A stretch of 64,000 nucleotides of DNA from Octopus sinensis (lineage: Eukaryota): contig NC_043005.1 in assembly GCF_006345805.1 (NCBI RefSeq), positions 14,136,001-14,200,000 of the forward strand. Reading direction: 5' to 3'. The notes beneath the pieces were generated by a model, which was not told the origin of the DNA, searched no databases, and saw only the letters and a list, made by a program, of their open reading frames with translations. Below are positions 1-11,490 of the stretch, piece after piece. Every line of letters starts with the position of its first letter. Within the stretch, counting starts at the first letter, position 1. A program made the position numbers and the translations under genes.

Positions 1-849
1 TATTCACCTCTTCTTTACATTGTCTTTGTGATGTAGGATTAATCAAATACATAAAAGAGCCTTACACCCTTACAAATCTACCATCTAGATTTAGGGACCA
101 CCGAGGTCAAGAGAGTCCACTTATCTGTGTTACATGTAAAATACCTGAATAAACAAAATGTTATATCAATCTGAGCAAAATTAAAAATTCAAAAATCTAC
201 TGAAAATGTTGATATCACAGATGAGACTATATGAAGCCTGCCATACCCACTAAGTACTCATCTTGGATTCAAATTTGATTGGTCACTATGAGCCAACTTA
301 ATTCAATTAAATTTCATGCAATAAACATCCTATCACTGAATATAATGTTACTTGTGTAATCAGGATGTAGTTCCTGCACTTAAGAGTCACATGCACAATT
401 TAAATAAGCTGATAAAATTTTTACAGTCTAGACCAGTGTTGCTTTTTTTTTTTTTTTTGCTTTTTTCTTTTTCAAATTTTTAATAACACCCACTGTGGAG
501 CAATAGAGAAAATGAAAGGAGTATTTGCACGGAGCAGTGAGAGTGTTTAAAGGCAATGAAGCCTGAACTGTATCAAGAAAGATGGAACAGTGCTTGGAAA
601 AATATGTTTATACATTTTGTAATTAGATATTTTTACACCTCGTTAGTATCAAAATCTAAAACATAAAATAATAACTAAATGAAACCAACATCTGTTGTGC
701 AGGAAAAATATTCTACTAGCCAGGTCCCATCACCAACTAACAACCGAAAGCTGTTTATAATCAGAAATGGTGAAGAACATTTGGTTAAACTTCCCCAGTG
801 AAAAACGTCTGAATGTTACATAACATGACCAACTTGGTGAACAGAGGTA

Positions 850-2138
850 TGGGGTAGGCTGAAAAGTTCATTGGCTAACAGTGAAAGAGTGGTGCTAGAG
901 CTGCAGAATCTTGCATGCATTAATTTCAGCTCATCTTATTAATAACTGCTTTGTTTCTTTCCATGTAAACTGACATCCCACTGATCAAAGAACATGTCAA
1001 AAGTAACTGGTGGTGACCTTTCTTGAAAATCAACAAAATTTAACATTATGGTATTATCAAGTACCTGCAGAAAAAGGGTTTAACTCCCAAGGACATTCAT
1101 GCAGGCATGGCAGGGGATGACATTCCAGCTTTATCAACAATGCATAAGTGGGCAGCTGAATTTAAGAAAGGAACAGAAAGTCTTGAAGATGACCCAAGGT
1201 CTAGACATCATGCAACTGCCACCACCAAAGAAAACATTGATCTCGTTCACCATATAGTGATGAATGACAGGCAAGTGACTATAAATCAAATAGCCAAAGC
1301 TATTAGCATATCCCATCAGAGAGTTGAGAATATTCTGCACAATGAACTTGGAATGACAAAGGTTTTCTGCTTGGTGGGTGCCATGTCTCCTGACACCTGA
1401 TCAAAAGCATGCCAGATTGATCACATCATAGGTAAATCTGACACAGTTTCAGGCAGATCAAGCTGGTTTCCTTGAATGTTTCCTAAACCAGGATAAGTGT
1501 TGGCTTCATCACTTTGAGCTAGAGACAAAGTAACAATTCATACAGTGAAAACACCCTTCTTCACCTGCACCAAAGAAGGCCAAGCTCATTTCATCTGCAG
1601 GGAAGGTGATGACCTCAGTTTTTTGGAATGCAAAAGGCATTGTGTTTATTGACTACATCCAAAAGGGCCATACCATCAATGGAGAGTATTATGCCAACTT
1701 GCTGAAGCAGATACAAAAGGCTACCAAGATCAAACACCCAGAAAAACTGACAAAAGGGGTCTTGTTTCATCAGGACAATGATCTAGCACACAAGTCCTTG
1801 CTTTTAATGGCTTTTGTGAGTGATTGTGGCTTTGAACTTTTTAATCGCCCACTGTTATTCTTCTCTAATTTGGTCCCATCTGACTATCATCTGTTTCCCA
1901 ACAAGAAAAAACACTTTGTTGGGAACCAGTATCACAGTGATGATGACATAATATCTGCTGTTGATGACTTTTTTGACCAACAGGCTGAAAGCTTCTTCAC
2001 CAATGGGATTGAAGCACTGCAACACTACTGAAAGGAATATGTGGACCTCAAGGGGCACTGTGTCAAAAAATAATCCTTATTTGGTCAGATTCCATGAGAG
2101 TATCTTGAGCAGCCTATGAACTTTTTAGCTGACCCTCA
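850..2138 (+). mobile_element. Full-length decayed mariner (Tc1/mariner, DD34D-type) DNA transposon
   Basis: Imperfect TIRs TGGGGTAGGCTGAAAAGTTCATTGGCT (850-876) and AGCCTATGAACTTTTTAGCTGACCCTCA (2111-2138), each flanked by TA; about 1.29 kb, typical mariner size. Confidence 0.93.
1025..2070 (+). pseudogene. Mariner transposase pseudogene (frameshifts and stops)
   Basis: Motifs: IKYLQKKGLTPKDIH, SLEDDPRS (HTH), WVPCLLT (WVPHEL-like), DKCWLHHFELETK (TGDETW-like), KVMTSVFWNAKG, HQDN, SNLVPSDYHLFP (YSPDLAPSDY-like). Split over ORFs 1107-1400 and 1606-2031. Confidence 0.92.
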
Positions 2139-3716
2139 TATATCTTAAAATACTTGTATTTCATTTCAGTTTTTCTATTTGCCTATGTTTATACATAATC
2201 TAAAGATTTTAACTTTTAACTTAAATTCAGTAACTGTTCAAAACATGCATCCAGAGAAACTGGAAAAGAAAAATGAAAAGAAAAAACATTATAAACAATA
2301 TAGAAGATGATATTTAATTTTAACTAGATTTGAACCTTCAACTCTATATTTCACATTAAAGACAATATAGATGATGGCTTTTCAGAAATACAAATCAAAA
2401 CACTAAACTTTAACTGGATTTGAACTTTTATACTATGTTTTATATCAAATGATAATGATCACTTCTCCATAAGAAAAACGGTAGACTATTTTATTATTCT
2501 GCTAAACAATAAGAAAATGAAGAGGATATGTCATGTGAAGAATAAAATAACTTTAGTTAGGGGGCACTGATAACTTTATAAGATCAAACAGAAGTATTTA
2601 GAGGGGAAAATGACTGACAATCCCTCATCTAGACAGTTTAATCCTCTCACAGAATTGAGCAAGTTAGATTCAAAAGTAATAGCTAAGTTTGGACAAACTA
2701 TATTCATCCAGTTAAATTTTTTTACTTCTCACTAGTGGACAACCCATAAGTGATGGTTTATTATTCTTGTGATTAAGACTTAAACAATCTCAACTCTACA
2801 CTTCAGACTACAGAGATTTGTATATATTTTCATATTACTGCTGAAGTAACAGTTTACATAACCTACATAGAAACTTCAAAAGCTAACAAAGTTTAAATAA
2901 AAAAGTTTACAACACCCAAGTATATATATGCTTAAAACATATGTAGGCATGCTATGGTATGATTCTTGGCAATATAGACCAATTTTTCAGCAGCATGATA
3001 TTAAACTTATAACAGTTCTTAGTTTGTTGATGCTTGTCAGAATTTGCTTAATTCTGCTACTTAGCCAAATAATGATAGTTTAGAATTTTATTGAAAAAAA
3101 AAAACATTCTGCTTAGCTTACAGCTTATTCATAATAATTTACATAGGGATATTAGTTTAACAACTGTTTAAAAAAAATTATATCAACACAGCAGCACTAG
3201 AATTAAAATTGCTACATTGATACAGCAGCCATTTTCAACAATTGTTCAACTACACCGCATATGTAAGTTTAACTACCTTGTAAGCTAAGCAGAATGTTTT
3301 TAATGTAGCTGTAAGCCGTGATCACTTGGCAGAATGACAAGATTAACCAAAGTCTGGCAATAATTAATCAATCAGAAATTATGATCACTTCAATACTTAT
3401 GCTCGTTTCACAAGAAACTAGTGTTTGTCCCAAAGATTCGTTCCACAACATGACTAGACATGGTTTATACAAATATTCTTTGGTGTACTTAACTCTTCAC
3501 TTTCCTCCCACAATGTGTTAATGTAAAGCTCAAGGAGTAGTTATTGAGCAGCATCAATCAGCTCTTCTTGAGCACACCTATAGCTTATTGGTGAACTAGA
3601 TATATCAATAAGGAAGCCTTTATGCAGGTGCTCAACTTGCTAAATATAACAGTCTAATCAGAAAAGCTGCATGATCAAAACATTCCAGTTGTGATCATCC
3701 ATGTTTTTCAGACATA

Positions 3717-3761
<45 letters not shown>

Positions 3762-3766
<5 letters not shown>

Positions 3767-3994
3767 CTTTATTGCCCACAAGGGGCTAAACATAGAGGGG
3801 ACAAACAAGAACAGACAAAGGGATTAAGTTGATTACATCGACCCCAGTGCGAAACTGGTACTTTATTTATCGACCCCAAAAGGATGAAAGGTAAAGTCGA
3901 CCTCGACGGAATTTGAACTCAGAATGTAACGACAGACGAAATACCGCTAAGCATTTCACCCGGCGCGCTAACGTGTCTGCCAGCTCGCCGCCTT
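3762..3994 (-). mobile_element. SINE family A (AAGGCGGCGAGCTGGCAGA head; GCCTTTCATCCTTTCGGGGTCGATAAA core) inside a (TA)n tract
   Basis: Reverse complement of copies at 14885 and 53739; A-box/B-box-like head (TGGCAGA..., GAGTTCAAATTCC); (TA)n on both sides. Confidence 0.9.
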
Positions 3995-4029
<35 letters not shown>

Positions 4030-4751
4030 ACTACATTATCCAATGTGTAATTTCTTTCCAAGGGGACATGATGTTTCATTTCTCAGGGGTTCATAAAATA
4101 AGTAGCAGGCACAAAAGAAAGATCAATTTAATATAATAGTCCCCCTCTTCATATGTGCAACCATTTGCCAATATTGGAAATCATTAGAGTGAAGATAGCA
4201 AGGACAAAGTGCCAGACTAGAAAGTTTAAGAGTATCTAATCTTGTCCCTACCAGTTCAAAGTTCAAAATTCACCATAAGGAATGGAATAAGTACCAATAA
4301 TTTATATAAGAATCCATTTTAGCCAACAAGTATATTATGGCTCTCAAAACACATTGGCTTAGTCAAAAGAAACTGTTGTTTTAACTCTTGGTTGTTGCTG
4401 TTGTAGCTCTAAAGAATACAGTTACTGCTACTTTTTGTTATTGTTCTAAAGGATATGATTACTGTGCTGTTGTTGTTGGCAGGGGTGGTGTATTCTGAAA
4501 GAGGTGCCAAAAAGAAAAAGCTGTTTGTAAAACAGAAGTTGATTAAGCTTGTGAGAAATGCATGTAGCCAATATCTGAAGTGAAATATTGTATGGTTAAT
4601 ACCTGAAATGGACAAAATAATTTAAAGAAGATGTACTCTTGAAAGGAAATTACATTACTTAAGAACCTAAGAGCGGTATTTGGAGACGAGACAAAATGGA
4701 ATTAAGGTGTGACCAAAGTATTGAAATAGAGATCATTATGTAAGTGCAACA

Positions 4752-4912
4752 GGGTACAGAGAGGCACTTGACCAATAAAGGCCAAATTACAGAGAAGTTC
4801 CTGACTGATCAAGGCCAGATTACAGAGAAGCTCCTGATCAATCAAAGTCAGATTATACAGAAACTCCTGCCCAATCAAGGTCAGATTACAAAGAAGCTCC
4901 TGACCAATCAAT
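4752..4912. repeat. 33-bp minisatellite, about 4.5 units
   Basis: Unit about ACCAATCAAGGYCAGATTACAGAGAAGCTCCTG from 4771; explains the repetitive ORFs 4744-4941(+) and 4702-4911(-). Confidence 0.9.
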
Positions 4913-5450
4913 GCCTGGTCAAAGCTATTTCCAATTTATGATTGAAATCATTTAACACCACTAAAGCCCTTGAAAAAGCACAGACTCTACAAGTGCTTAT
5001 TTTCTTCTCAATAACCTTATAATTAAGGAATATAATCAATAGTAACAAAAAAGTTAGAAAAATAAGGCTCACTGGTGGCCAGGCTCTATAAATTAAATGT
5101 AATTGAAAGTTTGCTAATTCACTGAATGAAAACATTTTAGATGGGAATCCAGTTGAATTTTCCAACTGACTCTAAACACATTGACATACATTTTTCTAAA
5201 AGTATTAAATTCTAAAAACTAAGAAGTATTTTATCCTTAAAGCCCTATTGTAATTATCAATGATGTTGAAAATTACAGCAAACTAAATTTGGCTCCTCAA
5301 GAAGGATTAACAATGGGTGTTATAGTACTTCAGATGCTAACTGAATAGTACCTAAACAGTAGATGACAAGAATATCATATGTCTAAATGTCTGGGGTGAG
5401 TCATTAATAAAATTATAATTTCTCAGACTATTAATGTCTTTAGTGTTTAA

Positions 5451-5648
5451 CCTTTCAGCATTTAGATTTCTTTATCAGATATAGTGCTTATTTATTCACA
5501 TTGTTTTTGAATTAATCATGCATTATCTTGTAGCTTCAAGATTTCAGTGATGTGAGAATGACATTGTAGGTTAAGTGTGAGAGGCCATATCTGGTCAGTT
5601 TGAACTTAAAACATGTAGAACAATCGGGCTGGTCCAAATGTTGAAGTG
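5451..5648 (-). mobile_element. Old piggyBac-type MITE (family P2)
   Basis: TTAA|CCTTTCAGCATT start; interior matches 62145-62360 and the reverse complement of 36226-36445. Confidence 0.7.
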
Positions 5649-6777
5649 TTTATATCTACATTACATTTTGATCATTTTGATTTCTGCTCATCAATTGGGA
5701 AATAGAGGTTAATAGTTCAAATCCAGTTAGGGACAACTTATACAGGACACCAGTTAATTACAGACAAAATCAATCAAATTGTTGTTTAGATTTAAATTAA
5801 AATCTACAAAATAAAACTAGTTTTTTGATAGCCAGAAAAATTATACTTATTGGGAATATTTTAGCTGTAGCAAGGAACTTTCTGGGCTATGTGGAAACTA
5901 CAGTCATGACACATGACAAAGAGGATATGAAGCTTTTAGGGTTTTGTAATGCACCTTTATTAAAGGTTGCTTTCATGACTAAGGGCAAAGAGATAGATTG
6001 GTTTTGTAGTAAATGGAACAAAAGGGACAGAAATGATGATAAACATAAAGTCTATCTCCACAATCAAATGTAGCCAACAACATAGATTAATGGTTAGCAG
6101 ACTCAAGAAAAGGAAAGAAATCCTAATAACTCCAAGCCAACCCTAGTCAAGTAGAAATATATTATAAAGAGCATACCAGCTATAACCATATCATTTTTTT
6201 TTTCTAATTACAGTGTATCTAGGACTATATTATCAAATGCGTCCTTCCTTCTCTTCCTTCTTAAAACTTAGTATGACCTAAGGAAAATTCAGCTGATATT
6301 TGTAGTAGCTAGTCTCCTTATTTAGTTCAAACCTTGTGTAAGGTGAGAGTAGGTGGAGACAGCTGTAGAGATTAAATGAGAGCTAATGAAAAGAAAGATA
6401 TCAAAAAAAAAAGAAAATTAAAAAAAAAAAAACAGCAAGATTTTCATAGAAAGTTGTTAAAATGTTAAAAGCATCAAGATTGGCATCAGAGCAGGAACTT
6501 GCAAGGTGTATCTTAAGTGCACTGATATGTAGCAGAGAATCCTAAGCACTTACGTCAGCTGTTAGGTATAATGCACTGGATATGTAATATGATGCTGACA
6601 GACAGGTTGAACACAAATGGGTTATTAAAGCATCAGGATATGAAAAGCAGCAGCCAATGATTCCTAGAAAAACAACTGTATTGAACTATTGTAAGCGACG
6701 CAAAGAGACAATGATAAATGCTGAGTTAAATATTTTTAAAGATGTTAGTAAAGGATTTAGTGCAACTGCTGGATTCC

Positions 6778-6882
6778 TACTTGTGAAATTAACCTGCAAG
6801 TGGTTGAGTACTCCACAGACATACAACCTGCTGCAAAGACTGAATCAATGTGACACTATGTGATAAGGTTGAACCTTTGAAT
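6778..6882 (-). mobile_element. Decayed fragment of the tRNA-Arg-like SINE (family C)
   Basis: GTGAAATTAACCTGCAAGTGGTTGAGTACTCCACAGACA matches the reverse complement of about 55070-55110. Confidence 0.7.
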
Positions 6883-9299
6883 AAAAGAAAGAATCTAGAG
6901 AGGAAGAAAGAAGTATCAATTCAGTACTGGCCTGGTATTTTGACCCTGAATGGATGAAAAGGCAAAACTGATCTCAGTAGGGTTTTAACTGAGTCCAATA
7001 AAATAGGACAAATATTGTAAGAGATTCTAACCAAATCTGTAGTGATTCTGCCAGTTCATTGTCTTAAAGGATACATAGGATAGAGTAACTCAAACAAATA
7101 TTTAGCATGAGGTAATTAGGTGAAACCATAAAAACAATTGAAGCTCACATGGGGTGCCACAATATTTTAAAGATATACGAAGTCAGTGTAACAAGAGGCG
7201 CACAAAACCATGCTATCAATAGGAAGCAGTGAAGGTCACATACGTGCTCACAAACACTCATGAAATGATAACAGATTTGAAGCATAAACCTAAGTTTTAG
7301 AATTTAAATAAATTTTCAGATTTAAATTACAAGATATAATCAGTAAAAAGAAGCATTAGATGGAGAAATACTCAAATACAAAAGGGGACAAGGAAATATG
7401 CTATCGTTAACAAAACCAAGGTTCACAATGCCTTGCCCTCTCATCTCCGTATGGAGTTGTAGGAGTGCCTTTGAGATTTTTAAACCCAGAGAGATTGGCT
7501 CTCCGGCCTAAACAGTACTATGAGGGAGTTTGGAGCCAATGAAAAATATTTAAACAGTTTTTGAAATTACTGAAATAAAGAGACATGTAAATTGGATAAG
7601 CAAACTATCCTCAAGGCCAATAGTCCGTGATGTGTTTACTGTTCCCTTGTATAGCACTATACATAAGAATGATTAAAACATTTCTAAAAAGGGCAGCTGA
7701 GTTTTGTTAACACTGAAATTACCAGTATTATTCTAATTTTCCATAATATTTGTGTTTGTGTGATTCCACTGGGTGAAACCATAGGATAGAGAAATAGATA
7801 ACCTTAGGAAAAGATAATTACGAATGCCTTCTCTAGTTTCTGACATAAAATCTTTCCATACTCAATTTTACCTTTAAGGGAAATCTTTAATTTTTTTTTG
7901 TTTGTTAGTTTGTTTTTATAAACAAATAGTTCAGATGTGGCTGAGACAAAAGAGAATGAAACTAAGTGCATTCCAATATTTATTTCTTCATTTCATCATT
8001 CAAAAATCTGAAGTGAAAATTCTCTGTTATTCCCCAAGGATTGATCAAATAAGTATCAATCATATGCAATTGATTGAATTGTCTATACACTCTACAAAAA
8101 AAACCCACTAGACTAGAACTTAAACCAGTATTCACTCTGACAGAGAAAATCTTAAACCAATAATTATAGGGATAGAAGACCTAGCTGTGTGTCTAAGAAG
8201 TTATTTTCTCAGCCACTAATAGGAAACCACTCCAAAGTATTCTTTTCACAGAAGCTTAAGAACAATCTCTGTATGTGCATTTGTATTTCTTTTTTACCAT
8301 CAATCAGGAAGACAATTGAATTACAATGCTGAGGAGGAGTAGTAAGACCAAAATAGGTCTGAAATTGTCCACCTATTTCCAGTCTTAATTCAGACTTTAA
8401 TACCTCAATTGATTTGATTCGATTTGCTTTTTTTAGTTACCTCTTTTGCCTTTGGATTGGTAGAGTTAATTATTGTTCAAAAATGTCTGTCACTCCTCAA
8501 TACAAATATAACTCCCTCGAGACATAAGTTTTCTCTTGGAAACAGCACTGGTAGTCACTCCTATGCCATGGAATTGAACTTGGCACTTGACAAATTACTG
8601 TCAATTCTATAAAGCTTCTGTTCTTGACAGCTGTAAAGTATACCATCCTCAATACAGGTGGATTTGTCTATTCAGTTAAGTGGCTATCAAGACAATATCA
8701 TGTCATAAACAGGATATGAACTGATGGCTTCTCAAGTGCGTCATCCAGCCAACTCAGCCAATCACTTTTTCAAGCTTATCAAGAGATAAACTAGTCAAGA
8801 ATCTGCTTATGTGGACCTTTTCTTTCTTACCATTCCCTTTGAAAGAAAAGCTTATTTCTGTAGCTGATATTTCACACCTTGTCAATTACAATTTGATACA
8901 GGTTTACCAAGCCAGCTTACGTTTATCATCAACATTCTTGAAATCATTCAAGATAAGGAACACTTTATGCACACCACATATTATTTCATACCTCTTAGTA
9001 TTCTATTTGCATAGTTGTTTCCCAGTACAGCCAATATCTTTCAACATCAAGTACAACACACACATGAACCACATATCTATATCATTAACACTAACTTGTA
9101 GCACTTGATAATCAATTACATTTCATTTTATTTGCTGGAATTCAGTTTATTTGCAGCTACCATTCCAAACAGTGTACCCTAGGTAGAAATTCCATACAAC
9201 ATACCCAATGCAAGCTATGGACATATAAGAAGTGCAGCAGTATCACAGGATAGTTAACAGAGAAAGTGTGTGGCAGATGTGTACACTAAGAATGTACAG

Positions 9300-10392
9300 G
9301 AAACGGACTTCCTCAAATGTCCGGGGGGGGGGGGTGCCTTAGAAGTAGCAGATTGCTTCTGTTACCTAGACAACCAATTTAACAGTGGAGGAGGATGCTA
9401 TGAAAGCATAGCTGCTAGAATAAGAATGGGCTAGGCAAAGTTCAGAGAGCTTCTACCATTGTTGATAACAAACAGCCTCTCCCTCAGAGTATAATGCCCG
9501 TGTTCAGACAGCTATGCTACATGGCAGTGAAACATGGGCTGTGACTGCAGAGGACATGTGAAGGTTTGAAAGAGATAAAGCCAGATGTGTTACCAGTGCC
9601 GGTGGCATGTCGAAACTCTACTTGTGAAGACCCATTGAGGCAAGTGAGGATCAGAATCGAAATCGATCAATGGAAATCGATCAATGGAAATCGATCAATG
9701 GAAATTGCAGATGTGTTACCAGTGCCGGTGGCATGTAAGAGAACCTTCCGTTTCGCGACCGTTGCCAGCACCGCCCCGTTTCGCGTCCGTTGCCAGCCTC
9801 GCCTGGCCCTCGTGCCGGTGGCACATAAAAAGCACCATCCGTTCGTGGCCGTTTGCCAGCTCTGTCTGGCACCTGTGCGGGTGGCACGTAAAAAGCACCC
9901 ACTACACTCACGGAGTGGTTGGCGTTAGGAAGGGCATCCAGCCGTAGAAACACTGCCAGATTTGACTGGGCCTGATGAAGCCTTCTGGCTTCACAGACCC
10001 CAGTAGAACCGTCCAACCCATGCTAGCATGGAAAACGGACGCTAAACGATGATGATGATGATGATGAAAGCCAGCATGCTCAGCTTGATGTGCTATGGAA
10101 GTGTGCATTTGCACAATTACAAAGTGTAAGTGCTTCAAGGGAAAAAAAATGGATATAAGAGGAATCAGTGTGTGCAAGAGAAAAGACTGCACTGGTATGG
10201 ACATGCGATGTGTATGGATGAGAACAGCTGCATAAGTGCCAATCCTTAATTGTGGAGGGAACCTGTAGAAGAGGAAGATGTGGGACAAAGTGATGAGAAA
10301 CAACCTTCAGATGTTGAGCCTCACAGAGGAGATAACAATGGACTGAGACTTCTGGTAATCCACTGTACTTGAGGAGACAGGTCAAGCTAAGT
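9300..10392 (+). mobile_element. Decayed RTE-clade LINE, 3' part of the RT ORF, interrupted by insertion 9585-10066
   Basis: Reads LEVADCFCYLD..SGGGCYESIAARIRMG*AKFRELLPLL..TAMLHGSETWAVTAEDM*RFERDKASML..RLHWYGHAMCMDENSC..VEGTCRRGR across stops and frameshifts; the GSETW, RLxWxGH and RGR motifs are typical of RTE C-termini. Confidence 0.88.
9585..10066 (+). mobile_element. Young 5'-truncated RTE copy (ORF end plus 3'UTR with internal tandem modules and (GAT)n tail)
   Basis: TSD AAAGCCAG (9577-9584, 10067-10074); CTTGTGAAGACCC..GCAAGTGA resembles the ORF end of the host RTE; (GAAATCGATCAATG)x3 at 9659-9700; (GAT)n tail. Confidence 0.88.
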
Positions 10393-10407
10393 ATATATAT
10401 ATATATA

Positions 10408-10483
10408 CAGCAGTACCTCAGTTTTTGAACAACTCTGATCGCAAATAAATTGTGCTTTATATATGTGTATGTATGTATGTATG

Positions 10484-10528
<45 letters not shown>

Positions 10529-10620
10529 TATATATATTCAGACAGACAGATAGATAGATAGATAGATATAAAGCACAATTTATTCGTGATCAGAGGCATT
10601 CGAAAACCAAGGTACTACTG
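10408..10620. mobile_element. Tigger/pogo-type MITE with long TIRs around a microsatellite; extra solo right TIR at 10650-10701
   Basis: TA|CAGCAGTACCTCAGTTTTTGAAC...TAAATTGTGCTTTA and TAAAGCACAATTTA...TTCGAAAACCAAGGTACTACTG|TA, arms about 52 bp. Confidence 0.75.
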
Positions 10621-11261
10621 TAGTAAATGAATATGAGAAAGGCAGGAGATAAAGTACAATTTATTCATGATCACAGTTGTTCGAAAACACAGGTTCTACT
10701 GTATATAGAAAATATTTACTGCAAATCAACAAACATCCTAGACTGCATTAAAGAAGAGGTCATCCAATGTAATTGACAAACCTTCAATCACTAACATTAC
10801 AAGCATAAGCCCACCTACACATTTTATCTGTCTCTCCTACCATTATCACAATAGTTCATGATTCTCTGAACAGAATACATTTCATCTAAGCCAATGGTTT
10901 CCAACCTGGCATCTGCAAATGTAGTACTGGGAGTCCATGAACTAAATTCAAAATTTCATATATATATATATATACACATACATAAGGATAAGCATATTTT
11001 CTGAGGGAAAACTCATTCAAATAAAAGGGTTCAGAAGCACTGAGCTAAGCCAACATGATCCACATGTTTCTCCTCCCTTACTGCATGTCGCCCCCAACCA
11101 AAACACTGTAACGAAACACACTTCTTCCAGACTAATTCTTCTCCACATTTACCATCTTTTGGATCTTTCTTCTACTCATGTCAAAAGACATCAACATGCA
11201 AAAACTAAATCTGAACATCAACAACACTAATCTCACTAGTTCAGAAGGCCTGAGGTTTTAT

Positions 11262-11284
11262 TTATATATATATACATACATATA

Positions 11285-11350
<66 letters not shown>

Positions 11351-11451
11351 GTGTATATATATGTATATATATATATGTATGTGTGTGTATATATATGTAT
11401 ATATATGTATGTGTGTGTATGTATATATATATGTATATATGTATGTGTGTG

Positions 11452-11483
<32 letters not shown>

Positions 11484-11490
11484 TATATAT
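11262..11490. repeat. Compound (TA)n/(TG)n/(CA)n microsatellite
   Basis: Direct inspection; produces the spurious YIYI ORFs. Confidence 0.97.

Noticed and set aside
2290-2440. Imperfect local duplication (ACAATATAGA..TTTAACT.GATTTGAAC)
   Set aside because: Short, AT-rich and degenerate; no functional signal
8560-9180. Possible ancient RT remnant (LF..DIVLIA on the minus strand near 8690-8720)
   Set aside because: Single frameshifted motif; too degenerate to support
9566-10016. Recurrent ORFs such as LDALPNANHSVSVVGAFYVPPA (also 19822, 45902, 50381, 61011)
   Set aside because: Chance frames through the GC-rich RTE 3'UTR repeat; not frame-conserved between copies
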